A stretch of DNA of 64,000 bases, taken from IMG/VR virus record IMGVR_UViG_3300022745_000628, positions 129,797 to 193,796 of that record. One strand, 5' to 3'. Below, piece by piece: positions 18,347 to 26,710 of this stretch. The notes beneath the pieces were generated by a model. It was not told the DNA's origin and searched no databases. It saw only the letters and a program-made list of their open reading frames with translations. The stretch's first letter is position 1. The number at the start of each line of letters is the position of its first letter. This DNA comes from a virus. A program made the position numbers and the translations under genes.

Positions 18347-18515
18347 TTTCAGACTTTTTGCATGTTAAAGCAGCTATTTCCAATGTTTTTCACAATTTTT
18401 GATTATACGCAGTATGCAGTAACGCAATTTGCGAAGTTTTACACGATTTATACAGCGTATCGACTTGTTTGCCTCACTACGAGGTGAAGAAATGGCGTGG
18501 TAAAATACAACTATC

Positions 18516-18728
18516 ATGCGCATTTCTCGATCACCAAAGCTGTATCAACAACGTAAGCTCCCGATGGATCGGGAGACTCTGCAGCGCACCGGTCCTAGGT
18601 TCGCTCCAGAGTTGAGTCGTGTTCACAAATTACCCATTGAACCTCCGTACCCGTCACCGGATGCGATACGTGAACTGTCGTCCACACAGCCGGATGCTGG
18701 TGGTACCGTAGTGATTACGGATGTTTAG
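18516..18728 (+). CDS. possible small hypothetical ORF (overlaps a candidate structured RNA)
   Basis: 70 aa ORF with weak RBS. Confidence 0.3.
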   Translation: MRISRSPKLYQQRKLPMDRETLQRTGPRFAPELSRVHKLPIEPPYPSPDAIRELSSTQPDAGGTVVITDV

Positions 18729-18741
18729 TCAGCACATTTGA

Positions 18742-18927
18742 ATGATCCAACCTAATCGAAAAAAGTATTGTCGCGATAACATAAATCCAGATGCGGCAAT
18801 TTTGCAGTGGCGTGTAGTTGCAACAGGCGCTCTTAGCGGAATGCTGTTGTCGCTTGTTACGCAATCCATATGGCCGCTGGCTATAGCCGTCGGCACTTAC
18901 TTGCTGATGCAGCAACTAACTACTTAA
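18742..18927 (+). CDS. small membrane protein
   Basis: 61 aa with two hydrophobic segments. Confidence 0.45.
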   Translation: MIQPNRKKYCRDNINPDAAILQWRVVATGALSGMLLSLVTQSIWPLAIAVGTYLLMQQLTT

Positions 18928-19001
18928 AAAGTAACCTAACTACTGATTCCATCAAGCAAGGCGGTGCAAAAGTACCGCCTTGCTTCTTTTGAGGACCAAA
19001 T

Positions 19002-19442
19002 ATGCCGTTTGAGCTTGTATTGTTGTACGCACTATATGCCTTAGCCGTTAAGGCAATAGTCCACATCTGGTTATACTCCTCGCTGTTCGAGCCTTTGCAA
19101 ACAGCCATGTCAGCGGTATTAGACGCTAGATATGCCGATGCAAAGGAAAGTGCGATTGCAGCTACGCCTAGCGAAGATACTGCGCCGGCTACTGCGTATA
19201 TCCAAAATACGGTGACCTGGCCAAATTACATTGCTGGGCGCTTGCACACTTGGATGCTAGAGTTACTCACGTGCCAGCTTTGTTTGTCCGTGCACGTGGC
19301 ATTCTGGTATGGCTTGTTAATTATCGTTCCTACCTTAACGTGCTGGTTTAACGGGTCTTGGCTGTTATGGCTGTTCTTGACCCCGACAACCGTATTTTCA
19401 ATCGTGACGCTGGTTAATTCACCGAGAATATGGATCACATGA
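19002..19442 (+). CDS. DUF1360-like membrane protein
   Basis: GAGGA RBS; hydrophobic helices; LLTCQLCLSVHVAFW motif. Confidence 0.65.
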   Translation: MPFELVLLYALYALAVKAIVHIWLYSSLFEPLQTAMSAVLDARYADAKESAIAATPSEDTAPATAYIQNTVTWPNYIAGRLHTWMLELLTCQLCLSVHVAFWYGLLIIVPTLTCWFNGSWLLWLFLTPTTVFSIVTLVNSPRIWIT

Positions 19443-19984
19443 AAATTAAAATTCCAAGTGAGGAGCGAATTAGAAATATCGACGTAAATAGCGTGCTGCG
19501 CGAGCTCAACATTGAAAATTGGGATGTGTTGATAATCGGCGATGGTTCTGGAAGTACTTGGCAAAACTACTGCGGTTGGGCAGCGTTAATTATCGATCGA
19601 GAAACACAAGGAAGGCGCTTAATTGGCGGAAACGCCAATATGGGCAGCATCACTTTTGCGGAAGCAATGCCGTACGTGCAAGCCTTGTCTTGGTTCGATC
19701 ACACCTACGGCTCACGCCGTCTAAAATCCGTGGACAAACTCTCGGTACACATCGTTACCGATTCAACTGCAATCGCTACGATCGGCAGTCAGATCTCAAG
19801 TAAATCCAAGGATAGTCTGCGAAAACACGCGTACTTAGCTGCTTTTTGTCAACAAATGGCTAAATTCCGTTATGACATTCAATGGCATTGGCTACGCAGG
19901 GAAATTGCGGATGGAAATCGACTTGTCGATGGTGTTTCTAAAGCGTTGAGGTTGTTTGGAGCAGGCGCGTTGGAATCTCAATGA
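19430..19984 (+). CDS. RNase HI-like protein
   Basis: IIGDGSG, FAEAM, IVTDS and GNRLVD give the D-E-D-D tetrad of the RNase H fold. Confidence 0.75.
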   Translation: MDHMKIKIPSEERIRNIDVNSVLRELNIENWDVLIIGDGSGSTWQNYCGWAALIIDRETQGRRLIGGNANMGSITFAEAMPYVQALSWFDHTYGSRRLKSVDKLSVHIVTDSTAIATIGSQISSKSKDSLRKHAYLAAFCQQMAKFRYDIQWHWLRREIADGNRLVDGVSKALRLFGAGALESQ

Positions 19985-20000
19985 GATCGATCTGAGTGTT

Positions 20001-20090
20001 TGATATTAAAGTTTGTAAATGTTAAATGTAATGTGAATGTTAGATAATTTAAAATGTTAGATAAATGTAAATGTGTGCGATGATGTAAGT
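20001..20090. repeat. AT-rich, C-depleted tract with 8 ATGT copies
   Basis: ATGT at 20019, 20026, 20031, 20037, 20054, 20065, 20071 and 20083; only one C in 90 nt. Confidence 0.75.
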
Positions 20091-20157
20091 AAACGCGTGG
20101 AATGATAATGCCAAGTTGGCGCGGGTTGTTTTGATTTGGTTTAGGAAAGCCCTTGAG

Positions 20158-20364
20158 GGTTGAAGACATGATAGCAAGGAATTTGAATTGGCAACGTACT
20201 ATTTTTCAAAATTGCCAAAATAGTTTGCTCAACCACAGAAGTAAGACCACTAGGGCTGGTGGAGCCGCCCATAGGCGAGACCACCCGAACCTGACGCTAG
20301 GAAGGTTGTGGTTTTACTTTCTGTGTGTTCTAGCGAACCCACTATGAAATAGGGGGTTTGCTAG
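20158..20364 (+). ncRNA. candidate structured non-coding RNA domain
   Basis: 17-bp stem 20234-20250/20308-20325 enclosing two sub-hairpins, plus hairpin 20330-20364; G.U pairs occur on the + strand only. Confidence 0.35.
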
Positions 20365-20549
20365 TAGACCGTCCAGAGTCCTCGTTTTGCCTTTTAAAAT
20401 CGACGTACGTCCGGGCTAGAGTCCTCGTTTTTGGTCATGTGTCCTCGTTTTTTACGATTTTCGCCAAAAAACGAGGACTCTGGACGGTCTATAGAAGGGT
20501 CGCGAGGACTCTAGCCCGGACGTAGAATCAAAAACGAGGACACATGACC
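20365..20549. repeat. three crossing inverted-repeat pairs A B C A' B' C' sharing core GTCCTCG
   Basis: A 20365-20388/20468-20491 (24 bp), B 20406-20427/20503-20524 (22 bp), C 20433-20452/20530-20549 (20 bp); all pairs are perfect. Confidence 0.9.
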
Positions 20550-20613
20550 GAGATTGACAGTTAATAAACTAATGTTAACGATTTAAAATTAGTATTTGTG
20601 ATTGAAGCTACCA

Positions 20614-20628
20614 CGGTAAAATTTACCG
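20614..20628. promoter_or_regulatory. operator-like palindrome CGGTAAA-A-TTTACCG
   Basis: Perfect 7-bp arms in the non-coding locus. Confidence 0.4.
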
Positions 20629-20736
20629 ATGCCGCGTTGTCCGACCGTTTTTGTCGCGCACACCCAGGACGTATTTTTGACTTCCAGGCTTCCTTAATTT
20701 GACCTAGGGCGAGTCGAAAATTTTTCAAAAAAAAAC

Positions 20737-20765
20737 TTGCTGCTTAGCCAATATCAGGCTAGTCT
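20737..20765 (+). promoter_or_regulatory. sigma70-type promoter
   Basis: TTGCTG-17-TAGTCT preceded by an A-tract (UP-like). Confidence 0.55.
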
Positions 20766-20909
20766 GCGGTGGTTTAAGTGCTTTCGCACACTCCGGTTCG
20801 CAAAATTCGGCAGCGCGCTGGCATCAAAATCCAACGTAAAGCGTATGTACTTAAATTGTGTTATGTAATAACTTTTGTTAGATGCGTTTGTAAGAAAGAA
20901 GTGTGATAT

Positions 20910-21293
20910 ATGGGCACGATGCATTACAGTAATCGCACTATGCGCGGTGTGATTCGGGAATCGTTAGAAGATACGCATAGAGGAAGATTACGCGCGGTGC
21001 GTTGCGTAGAGGCTTGTTGGCGTGGAAATAAATTTAGTGGGATCTTGTGGTCTCGCTGGCAGAATCCAAGTTTTCCAGTAGAGAGCCTTATCATGGCTGA
21101 CAGGATTACGTGTAAAGGTAATGCTATCTGGCATTCCACGTACACGGAGCAGGATGGTCCGTACGCGTACAGTTGTCCGCTAAAGTATTTAGAGGCGCCT
21201 ACTGTTTACATGAATCCTTCTTGGCGTGACAGTGTTATCGAATACCACGCTAGAAGGGCGGCTAAGCGTAATGGCAGCTTCGCGACCAAATAA
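20910..21293 (+). CDS. hypothetical protein (DUF6927-like C-terminus)
   Basis: EQDGPYAYSCPLKYL...SWRDSV..YH pattern recalled from mobile-element proteins. Confidence 0.55.
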   Translation: MGTMHYSNRTMRGVIRESLEDTHRGRLRAVRCVEACWRGNKFSGILWSRWQNPSFPVESLIMADRITCKGNAIWHSTYTEQDGPYAYSCPLKYLEAPTVYMNPSWRDSVIEYHARRAAKRNGSFATK

Positions 21294-22329
21294 ACGGAGG
21301 TTCTGGCGGCGAAAGCCTGCAGCAGCCCCCGCTCCGGAAACGGCTACACCTGCCGCGACACCAGCAGTAGTTCGTAAATTACTGGACGCGTCTGCGCCAG
21401 ATAATATCAAACGGCTTAAGTTTTTACTCAAACGCCGCTTGATTTTAAGATCGTTGTATCCAAAAGCTAGTATGCGCTACATCGTGTTGCGACAACAGCA
21501 AGAAACGGTCGATACCTGGTTACGCGTCAAGTTGGACGAGTTACAGACGTTCGGGCGTGCCAGCCGATTTGCGCAGCCTTACATATCTACCGGGCTGGTT
21601 AATCGTATGTCCAATTGCTACAAATTGTACGGACATAAAAACGATTCCACCGGGTACAGAGCGTGTGGCAATCTGTTGCTTTGTCCGTATTGTTATGGGC
21701 GGGCTATGACTAATCGGGCACTAGATTGCTTAACTCGAGTGCATGCGCATCGTGGACAATTACACAACGCACGTTTGGTGGTTATGCGTCGCCGAAGTAA
21801 GTCGCTAATTCTGACGGACAATCACAATGTGTTGGCGCGTGACGCGATAGCTGAAAGCGCCAGGTTGTACAAAGAGCTGCAACTATTTAGACGAGGCTTG
21901 CATAAAAACGATACGGCTCGTGGCGTGTTAGGGTGTCTGGGCAAAGTCGCAATGGATCCGGTGTTTTCCAGACAAGCGCCGATTAATCCGGACGAACTGA
22001 TCGTGGCGCCGCCAACACTTTACGAGATAAACACGCAGATTCCGGATATGCAGCAGGTTTATTACAACACTGTCGATATTCTCGTTGTGACCAAAGACGC
22101 CAACCTTAAGTATTACGGGAATACCGGGTTTACAAAGGCTGTCGATAGGCCACTACAAGATGTCACGCAAGTTGAATTTACAATGGAGTTCGCAAAGATT
22201 TTTTGCTATCCTCGGTATTTATTTCACAACACGGCGTTAGCGCAGCACATGGTGTACTCCGCATACAGCCAGCATAAACATCGACATATTCATTTATCAG
22301 GTATTTTCAAAAATTTGGACAGGAACTGA
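21271..22329 (+). CDS. basic Zn-binding protein, possibly a degenerate HUH Rep-like protein
   Basis: C-x15-C-x5-CPYC..R motif; very basic N-terminus; no intact HUH motif. Confidence 0.5.
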   Translation: MAASRPNKRRFWRRKPAAAPAPETATPAATPAVVRKLLDASAPDNIKRLKFLLKRRLILRSLYPKASMRYIVLRQQQETVDTWLRVKLDELQTFGRASRFAQPYISTGLVNRMSNCYKLYGHKNDSTGYRACGNLLLCPYCYGRAMTNRALDCLTRVHAHRGQLHNARLVVMRRRSKSLILTDNHNVLARDAIAESARLYKELQLFRRGLHKNDTARGVLGCLGKVAMDPVFSRQAPINPDELIVAPPTLYEINTQIPDMQQVYYNTVDILVVTKDANLKYYGNTGFTKAVDRPLQDVTQVEFTMEFAKIFCYPRYLFHNTALAQHMVYSAYSQHKHRHIHLSGIFKNLDRN

Positions 22330-22330
22330 A

Positions 22331-23389
22331 GTGGAAACTAACGAGCAATCTATAGCGGATGCGTTACAGTTGTTTGCAGCCAGGCCGGGGTGTCAGTCGT
22401 ACGCTAGCGTGAAAAAGCAGGTAGCTTTGCTAACTGACTATTTATGGCTAAGAAACTTATCACCTACGCTGACATTCGAAGTATTTCTCGATTGTTATGC
22501 CAAAGTAGCCGACTTTGACGAGGCCAACTTAAAGCATCCAAAAGATGCAGTTAAAGTATTGTTGCCAAGTAAAAGCGAGGCAGGCGAGACGTACAACCAG
22601 CAAGATGTAGTTACTTTGCTAAGTACGTACGTCGATATGGTGCGCAGTGCGGAATTGGCAAATACGCCGGTGCCTGTGACTTTAGCGCAGTTCCTGCAAA
22701 CGCCTGCAATACTCCAGGCGTTTAGGAACGGAGATTTTGACACTGTAAAGCAGCCAGTAAACAAGAAAAGTAAAAAACCGGCGCCAGCCGTTAACAACAT
22801 ACCTACGTCGGAAGGCGAGCGGTGCATTTTTACCGCCGAAGAAGCGCGAGAACACCGCGGGACACTTTTGTATGCGGACATTAGCTCAAACAGTGCGGTC
22901 GTACAGGCTGATTCTGGAGAAGTGCACTCTAACGTCATGCTGACAGCGCTTCGGAAGTGTAATGATCCGGTGCGAAAAGGATATACCGACGATCACGGCG
23001 TCCCACTGCCAATAGGCGGAAAAGGGCGTAAGTTTATACCTAAACCAGAATACGAACGCATTCTGCAGCTGCAGGCACTTAAGATTGCTGTAGGCGTCAC
23101 TCCGATAGGCAGTCCGTTGTATTCGTACGAAATACTGTTTCCAGAGAAAGAAGCAAAAGCGCTAATTGAGGTAATCAACGACGCGCCGCTTTATGTGGAC
23201 GCCAGGTTGACGTCGATACATAACAATGATGAAGTGTATTTTGAAGTAGAACCGCGGCAGAATTTACTAGGCGACTATGAATTTGTGCACATGTCGGAAG
23301 TCTACTCGGTACGCTTGCTAAGTCCGGCGGCCGATGACCCAGAACAGTTACCGACTACGCCTGTGCAGTTCTCAGTTCCGACAGCTTAA
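22331..23389 (+). CDS. hypothetical protein
   Basis: 352 aa; GTG start 1 nt after the previous stop. Confidence 0.7.
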   Translation: METNEQSIADALQLFAARPGCQSYASVKKQVALLTDYLWLRNLSPTLTFEVFLDCYAKVADFDEANLKHPKDAVKVLLPSKSEAGETYNQQDVVTLLSTYVDMVRSAELANTPVPVTLAQFLQTPAILQAFRNGDFDTVKQPVNKKSKKPAPAVNNIPTSEGERCIFTAEEAREHRGTLLYADISSNSAVVQADSGEVHSNVMLTALRKCNDPVRKGYTDDHGVPLPIGGKGRKFIPKPEYERILQLQALKIAVGVTPIGSPLYSYEILFPEKEAKALIEVINDAPLYVDARLTSIHNNDEVYFEVEPRQNLLGDYEFVHMSEVYSVRLLSPAADDPEQLPTTPVQFSVPTA

Positions 23390-23408
23390 AAAATAACGTT
23401 AATATGCC

Positions 23409-23436
23409 TTGACGCTATAGAAGCAAGTAGTATTCT
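23409..23436 (+). promoter_or_regulatory. sigma70-type promoter of the replication block
   Basis: TTGACG-16-TATTCT. Confidence 0.6.
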
Positions 23437-23471
23437 GACAGTACTAGGCTCTCTGTGGCAAGAGACTATCG

Positions 23472-23505
23472 GCTAGCGCGGTGCCCCACTGCGCTAGCTT
23501 TTTTT
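23472..23505 (+). terminator. intrinsic terminator inside the leader of the Mre11-like gene
   Basis: 12-bp stem GCTAGCGCGGTG/CACTGCGCTAGC followed by T7; ends 2 nt before the GGAGAG RBS. Confidence 0.7.
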
Positions 23506-23515
23506 ATGGAGAGTT

Positions 23516-24637
23516 ATGAAGAAAATTGCATATGTAGCCGCAGATTTGCATTTGCGGCCGACGGTTTGGGCTCATCATCCGACAATGCGCGGAGATACAT
23601 ACGATAGTTTCAAGCAAGTTATTCAGATCGTGCTGAACGATCCGGATAAGTTACCGCTTGTGCTGTTAGGCGACATATTCGATAAAAGTCGTCCAGATTC
23701 GGAATCCGTACAGGTTTATTTAAGTGGTGCGGAACAGCTACACGCTGCAAACATACCGCTGTACTATATTCAAGGTAATCACGATTTAGCCGATCCTGCC
23801 TGGCCTGCGTTAGCGTCAAACGCTATTTCTTTGCATAACAATTGTGTAACGATTAATGGCAAACGATTTGTCGGGCTGGACTATCAACGCGCTGATCAAC
23901 TCGAGACGGCTGTTCAAAACCTAGACCAGTTCAGGCCGTTTGACTATGTATGTGTGCATCAAGCCTGGCAAGAATTGCAAGGCGTTGGCAGCACACACGG
24001 TGCCGTAACAATGTTTAAGTCTGGTGATACGGTGCTCAGTGGCGATTTACATATTCGCATGACGCGTGCAATTAACAATGTGGTTGCGCATTCTCCCGGT
24101 TCTACGAGTATGCAGTCGATTACCGAAGCGCGAGATAAGTTCGTAACGCTGCTGTGTGATTCGACGGATCCAGATATCCAATTTAGCAGCGTGCCATTAA
24201 AAACAAGAGGCTTGCTGCAACAGACAATACTTACGGTTAGCGGGTTAGCCACGACTATTCAGCAAATCAAAGCGTTTGCTAAATCGGCCGGGCCAAATAA
24301 ACCGCTGGTACACGTGAAATATTCTCCGAACGTCACGGATGCGTTTTCAAAGCTAACCGGAGAGTGTGGCGAGCTCGCCTACTTGTTTTTAAATCAATTA
24401 GCAGATATCGACGGCAATAAAATTGTAAACATAGATCCGACATCCGCGGACTTGACTGTAAATTTGCGAACAGCCGTGACACTGCTGGCGCAAAACCATT
24501 CTGAATTTGAAGCCGTTATAGCAGCTAGTCTGTTAGACGCCACTAACGTAGTCACTACCATTGAAAAATTGAAAGAGGATTTTCATGCACTTGCGAAAGC
24601 TGGCTCTGCAAAACTACTGCAACCACAAAAAACGTGA
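23516..24637 (+). CDS. Mre11/SbcD-like metallophosphoesterase nuclease
   Basis: ADLH, LLGDIFD, QGNHD, VHQ and SGDLH motifs; adjacent to the Rad50-like gene. Confidence 0.9.
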   Translation: MKKIAYVAADLHLRPTVWAHHPTMRGDTYDSFKQVIQIVLNDPDKLPLVLLGDIFDKSRPDSESVQVYLSGAEQLHAANIPLYYIQGNHDLADPAWPALASNAISLHNNCVTINGKRFVGLDYQRADQLETAVQNLDQFRPFDYVCVHQAWQELQGVGSTHGAVTMFKSGDTVLSGDLHIRMTRAINNVVAHSPGSTSMQSITEARDKFVTLLCDSTDPDIQFSSVPLKTRGLLQQTILTVSGLATTIQQIKAFAKSAGPNKPLVHVKYSPNVTDAFSKLTGECGELAYLFLNQLADIDGNKIVNIDPTSADLTVNLRTAVTLLAQNHSEFEAVIAASLLDATNVVTTIEKLKEDFHALAKAGSAKLLQPQKT

Positions 24638-26705
24638 AATCACGTTTGAACGCGGACTAACCGCGATTACAGGGCGTAACGGGTCTGGTAAGTCCAATGT
24701 GATGGACGGTGTGAGATTGGCGCTTACCGGTAAAAGCGCTAACTATGGTAAAAAGTCCGACAACATATGTTGCCTGGCTGGTAAAAAAGAACAAGCGTAC
24801 GTCGAACTAGAATTTGAGCACGCTGGCACGAATGCGGTAGTCCGACGCTGGCTTCGCCCAGCACAGCCAGCAACGTTGCAACTAGCTGACGGGTCTTCGT
24901 ATGTCGGAGATAACGAGGTGAGTAGAATTCTCGCCGAGTTCGTAGGCGTCGATGATGCAACTATGAATACTGTAGTTTTAGTGGCTCAGCGAGACTTGTT
25001 TGGTTTTATAGATCAGACACCTGCGGTGCGTGCTAAACATTTTCAAGATCTGTTCAAGACAGAGCAGGCCGAGCGTATTTATACAGCGGTAAATAAATAC
25101 ATCAACGGTTTTAAAGTTACAGATTGGCAAAGTCTATTTGATTCAGCGTTCGCGCAGTGCTTAGCGGCGCAGCAAACGGCAGCTGAAATTAAGAGACTGA
25201 ATCCGACTGTTGCTGTAGAAGCTAATCCGTTTGGCGAAATGCTAGAACAACAGCGTAACCTGTTACATATAGTTCAGCAGAAAAACAACTTGTCGCGTAC
25301 GATACAGGATAAGTCTGTTAGTTTAGGCGAGCAGACGGCATTGCTGGTTACGTTAACTGAACAGCGTGCGAAGTTGCTAGCCGAGTATCAGGTGTTAAAT
25401 AAATCGGTTACGGATTTAAGTACACAGCGTGACGAAGCGTTACAACTTGTCGCTGTTGCAGAAGCTACTAAAAAAGCAAACGCGCAGTATCTTGCGCAAG
25501 AAGCTAAGGTACAAGCTTGTTTAGCGCTTCTGCAAGATAAAATGCCTGTGGCTATGCTTGAAGAACAGGTGGAAAGTCGAGAAATTGTAATTGGAGTGCG
25601 AGATAGGGAATTAGCAGATCTTATATCTCGTCACGGCACATTGCAGCAATTTCTGCAGAACAGTGTATGCCCGACATGTGGCACTGTTAAAGACAGTACG
25701 CCAGAGCAGTTGGCTGCGAAGCAACAAGAAGCTGGGCGGTTAGCTACTGAAATAGCTGAGTTGCAGCGCATACATACCGAAGATAAGGCGGTATTAGCCA
25801 AGACAAAGTTGGAGCGCAACTGGTTAAAAGAATACACCGCTAACTATCAGAATACTCGAGCCGTATTAGAGGGTATGGCGCCTCCGCAGCCGGTGGCGGA
25901 TACCGCAGCAGCGGAAGCTGTGGCAAATGCTTATGCTGCTGACAAAGCTAAGTTAGCTGCAGTAGTAGCAGCGGGTACAAGTGTAGGAGCCAGTATTGCC
26001 GCTACAAACGCCACTATCAAAGGTCTAAATGAGAGCGTTGCAGAAGCACAGGCAGCGACGCAGCAGCTTCCAGAGGTGGCATTTACGGCCACAGAGCTCG
26101 AGGCTAAGATAGCAGAGCTTCGCCAGCAATCGGAACAATGGACAACGTTTCGGGCGAATTACGTATACGCACTTCGCCAAATGGAGCAAAAGCAGGCTGA
26201 AGTGGCCGAGTATCAAAAGAAAATAGCCGATAGCAAACTGGACACTAAATGGCTGGAGAGCCTAACGACCGTTAGCGATATTTTTCATCGAGATGCGGCA
26301 CCTAAATACGTCGCATTGCAAAACATGCAAATCGTGGAACGCGAGATTAACAAGTTTTTGGAATTGTTCGACACGGAGTATCGTGTGGCTGCGGACGAAA
26401 ACCTATCCTTCGTCGCTAGATTTTTAGACGGGCGAGAGCAGTTAGTAGAGCGGTTATCAGGCGGGCAAGCTGCCATAGTAGCGCTAGCTTTTCGATTATC
26501 GGTAAACACATTGTTTGCTGGATCGTTGGGCTGTTTATTTTTGGACGAGCCCACGGCGTATCAAGACGAACACCACATCCGAGGGTTTGGACCAGTAATT
26601 TCCAAGTTGAAGGAATATTCTGCCAACAGAGGTTTACAATGTATTATCGTTACGCATGAGAAAGACCTTGCACCGCTGTTTGATCAGACGGTAGATCTTG
26701 GATAG
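24585..26705 (+). CDS. Rad50/SbcC-like SMC ATPase
   Basis: GRNGSGKS Walker A, coiled coils, CPTC Zn hook, LSGGQ signature, FLDEP Walker B. Confidence 0.93.
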   Translation: MHLRKLALQNYCNHKKREITFERGLTAITGRNGSGKSNVMDGVRLALTGKSANYGKKSDNICCLAGKKEQAYVELEFEHAGTNAVVRRWLRPAQPATLQLADGSSYVGDNEVSRILAEFVGVDDATMNTVVLVAQRDLFGFIDQTPAVRAKHFQDLFKTEQAERIYTAVNKYINGFKVTDWQSLFDSAFAQCLAAQQTAAEIKRLNPTVAVEANPFGEMLEQQRNLLHIVQQKNNLSRTIQDKSVSLGEQTALLVTLTEQRAKLLAEYQVLNKSVTDLSTQRDEALQLVAVAEATKKANAQYLAQEAKVQACLALLQDKMPVAMLEEQVESREIVIGVRDRELADLISRHGTLQQFLQNSVCPTCGTVKDSTPEQLAAKQQEAGRLATEIAELQRIHTEDKAVLAKTKLERNWLKEYTANYQNTRAVLEGMAPPQPVADTAAAEAVANAYAADKAKLAAVVAAGTSVGASIAATNATIKGLNESVAEAQAATQQLPEVAFTATELEAKIAELRQQSEQWTTFRANYVYALRQMEQKQAEVAEYQKKIADSKLDTKWLESLTTVSDIFHRDAAPKYVALQNMQIVEREINKFLELFDTEYRVAADENLSFVARFLDGREQLVERLSGGQAAIVALAFRLSVNTLFAGSLGCLFLDEPTAYQDEHHIRGFGPVISKLKEYSANRGLQCIIVTHEKDLAPLFDQTVDLG

Positions 26706-26710
26706 GTAGA

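Noticed and set aside
18492-18503. Mini-ORF M-A-W-stop after GAGGTG as a leader peptide
   Set aside because: Too short to support and embedded in a hairpin; it cannot be distinguished from chance.
20365-20549. CRISPR array
   Set aside because: Three forward and three reverse copies with irregular 5-17 nt linkers; no constant direct repeat with unique ~30-nt spacers; no cas genes in the window.
20554-20582. TTGACA as a sigma70 -35 box
   Set aside because: No acceptable -10 hexamer at 16-18 nt spacing.
20770-20830. tRNA suggested by CCGGTTCG
   Set aside because: No T-stem closure or acceptor stem can be formed.
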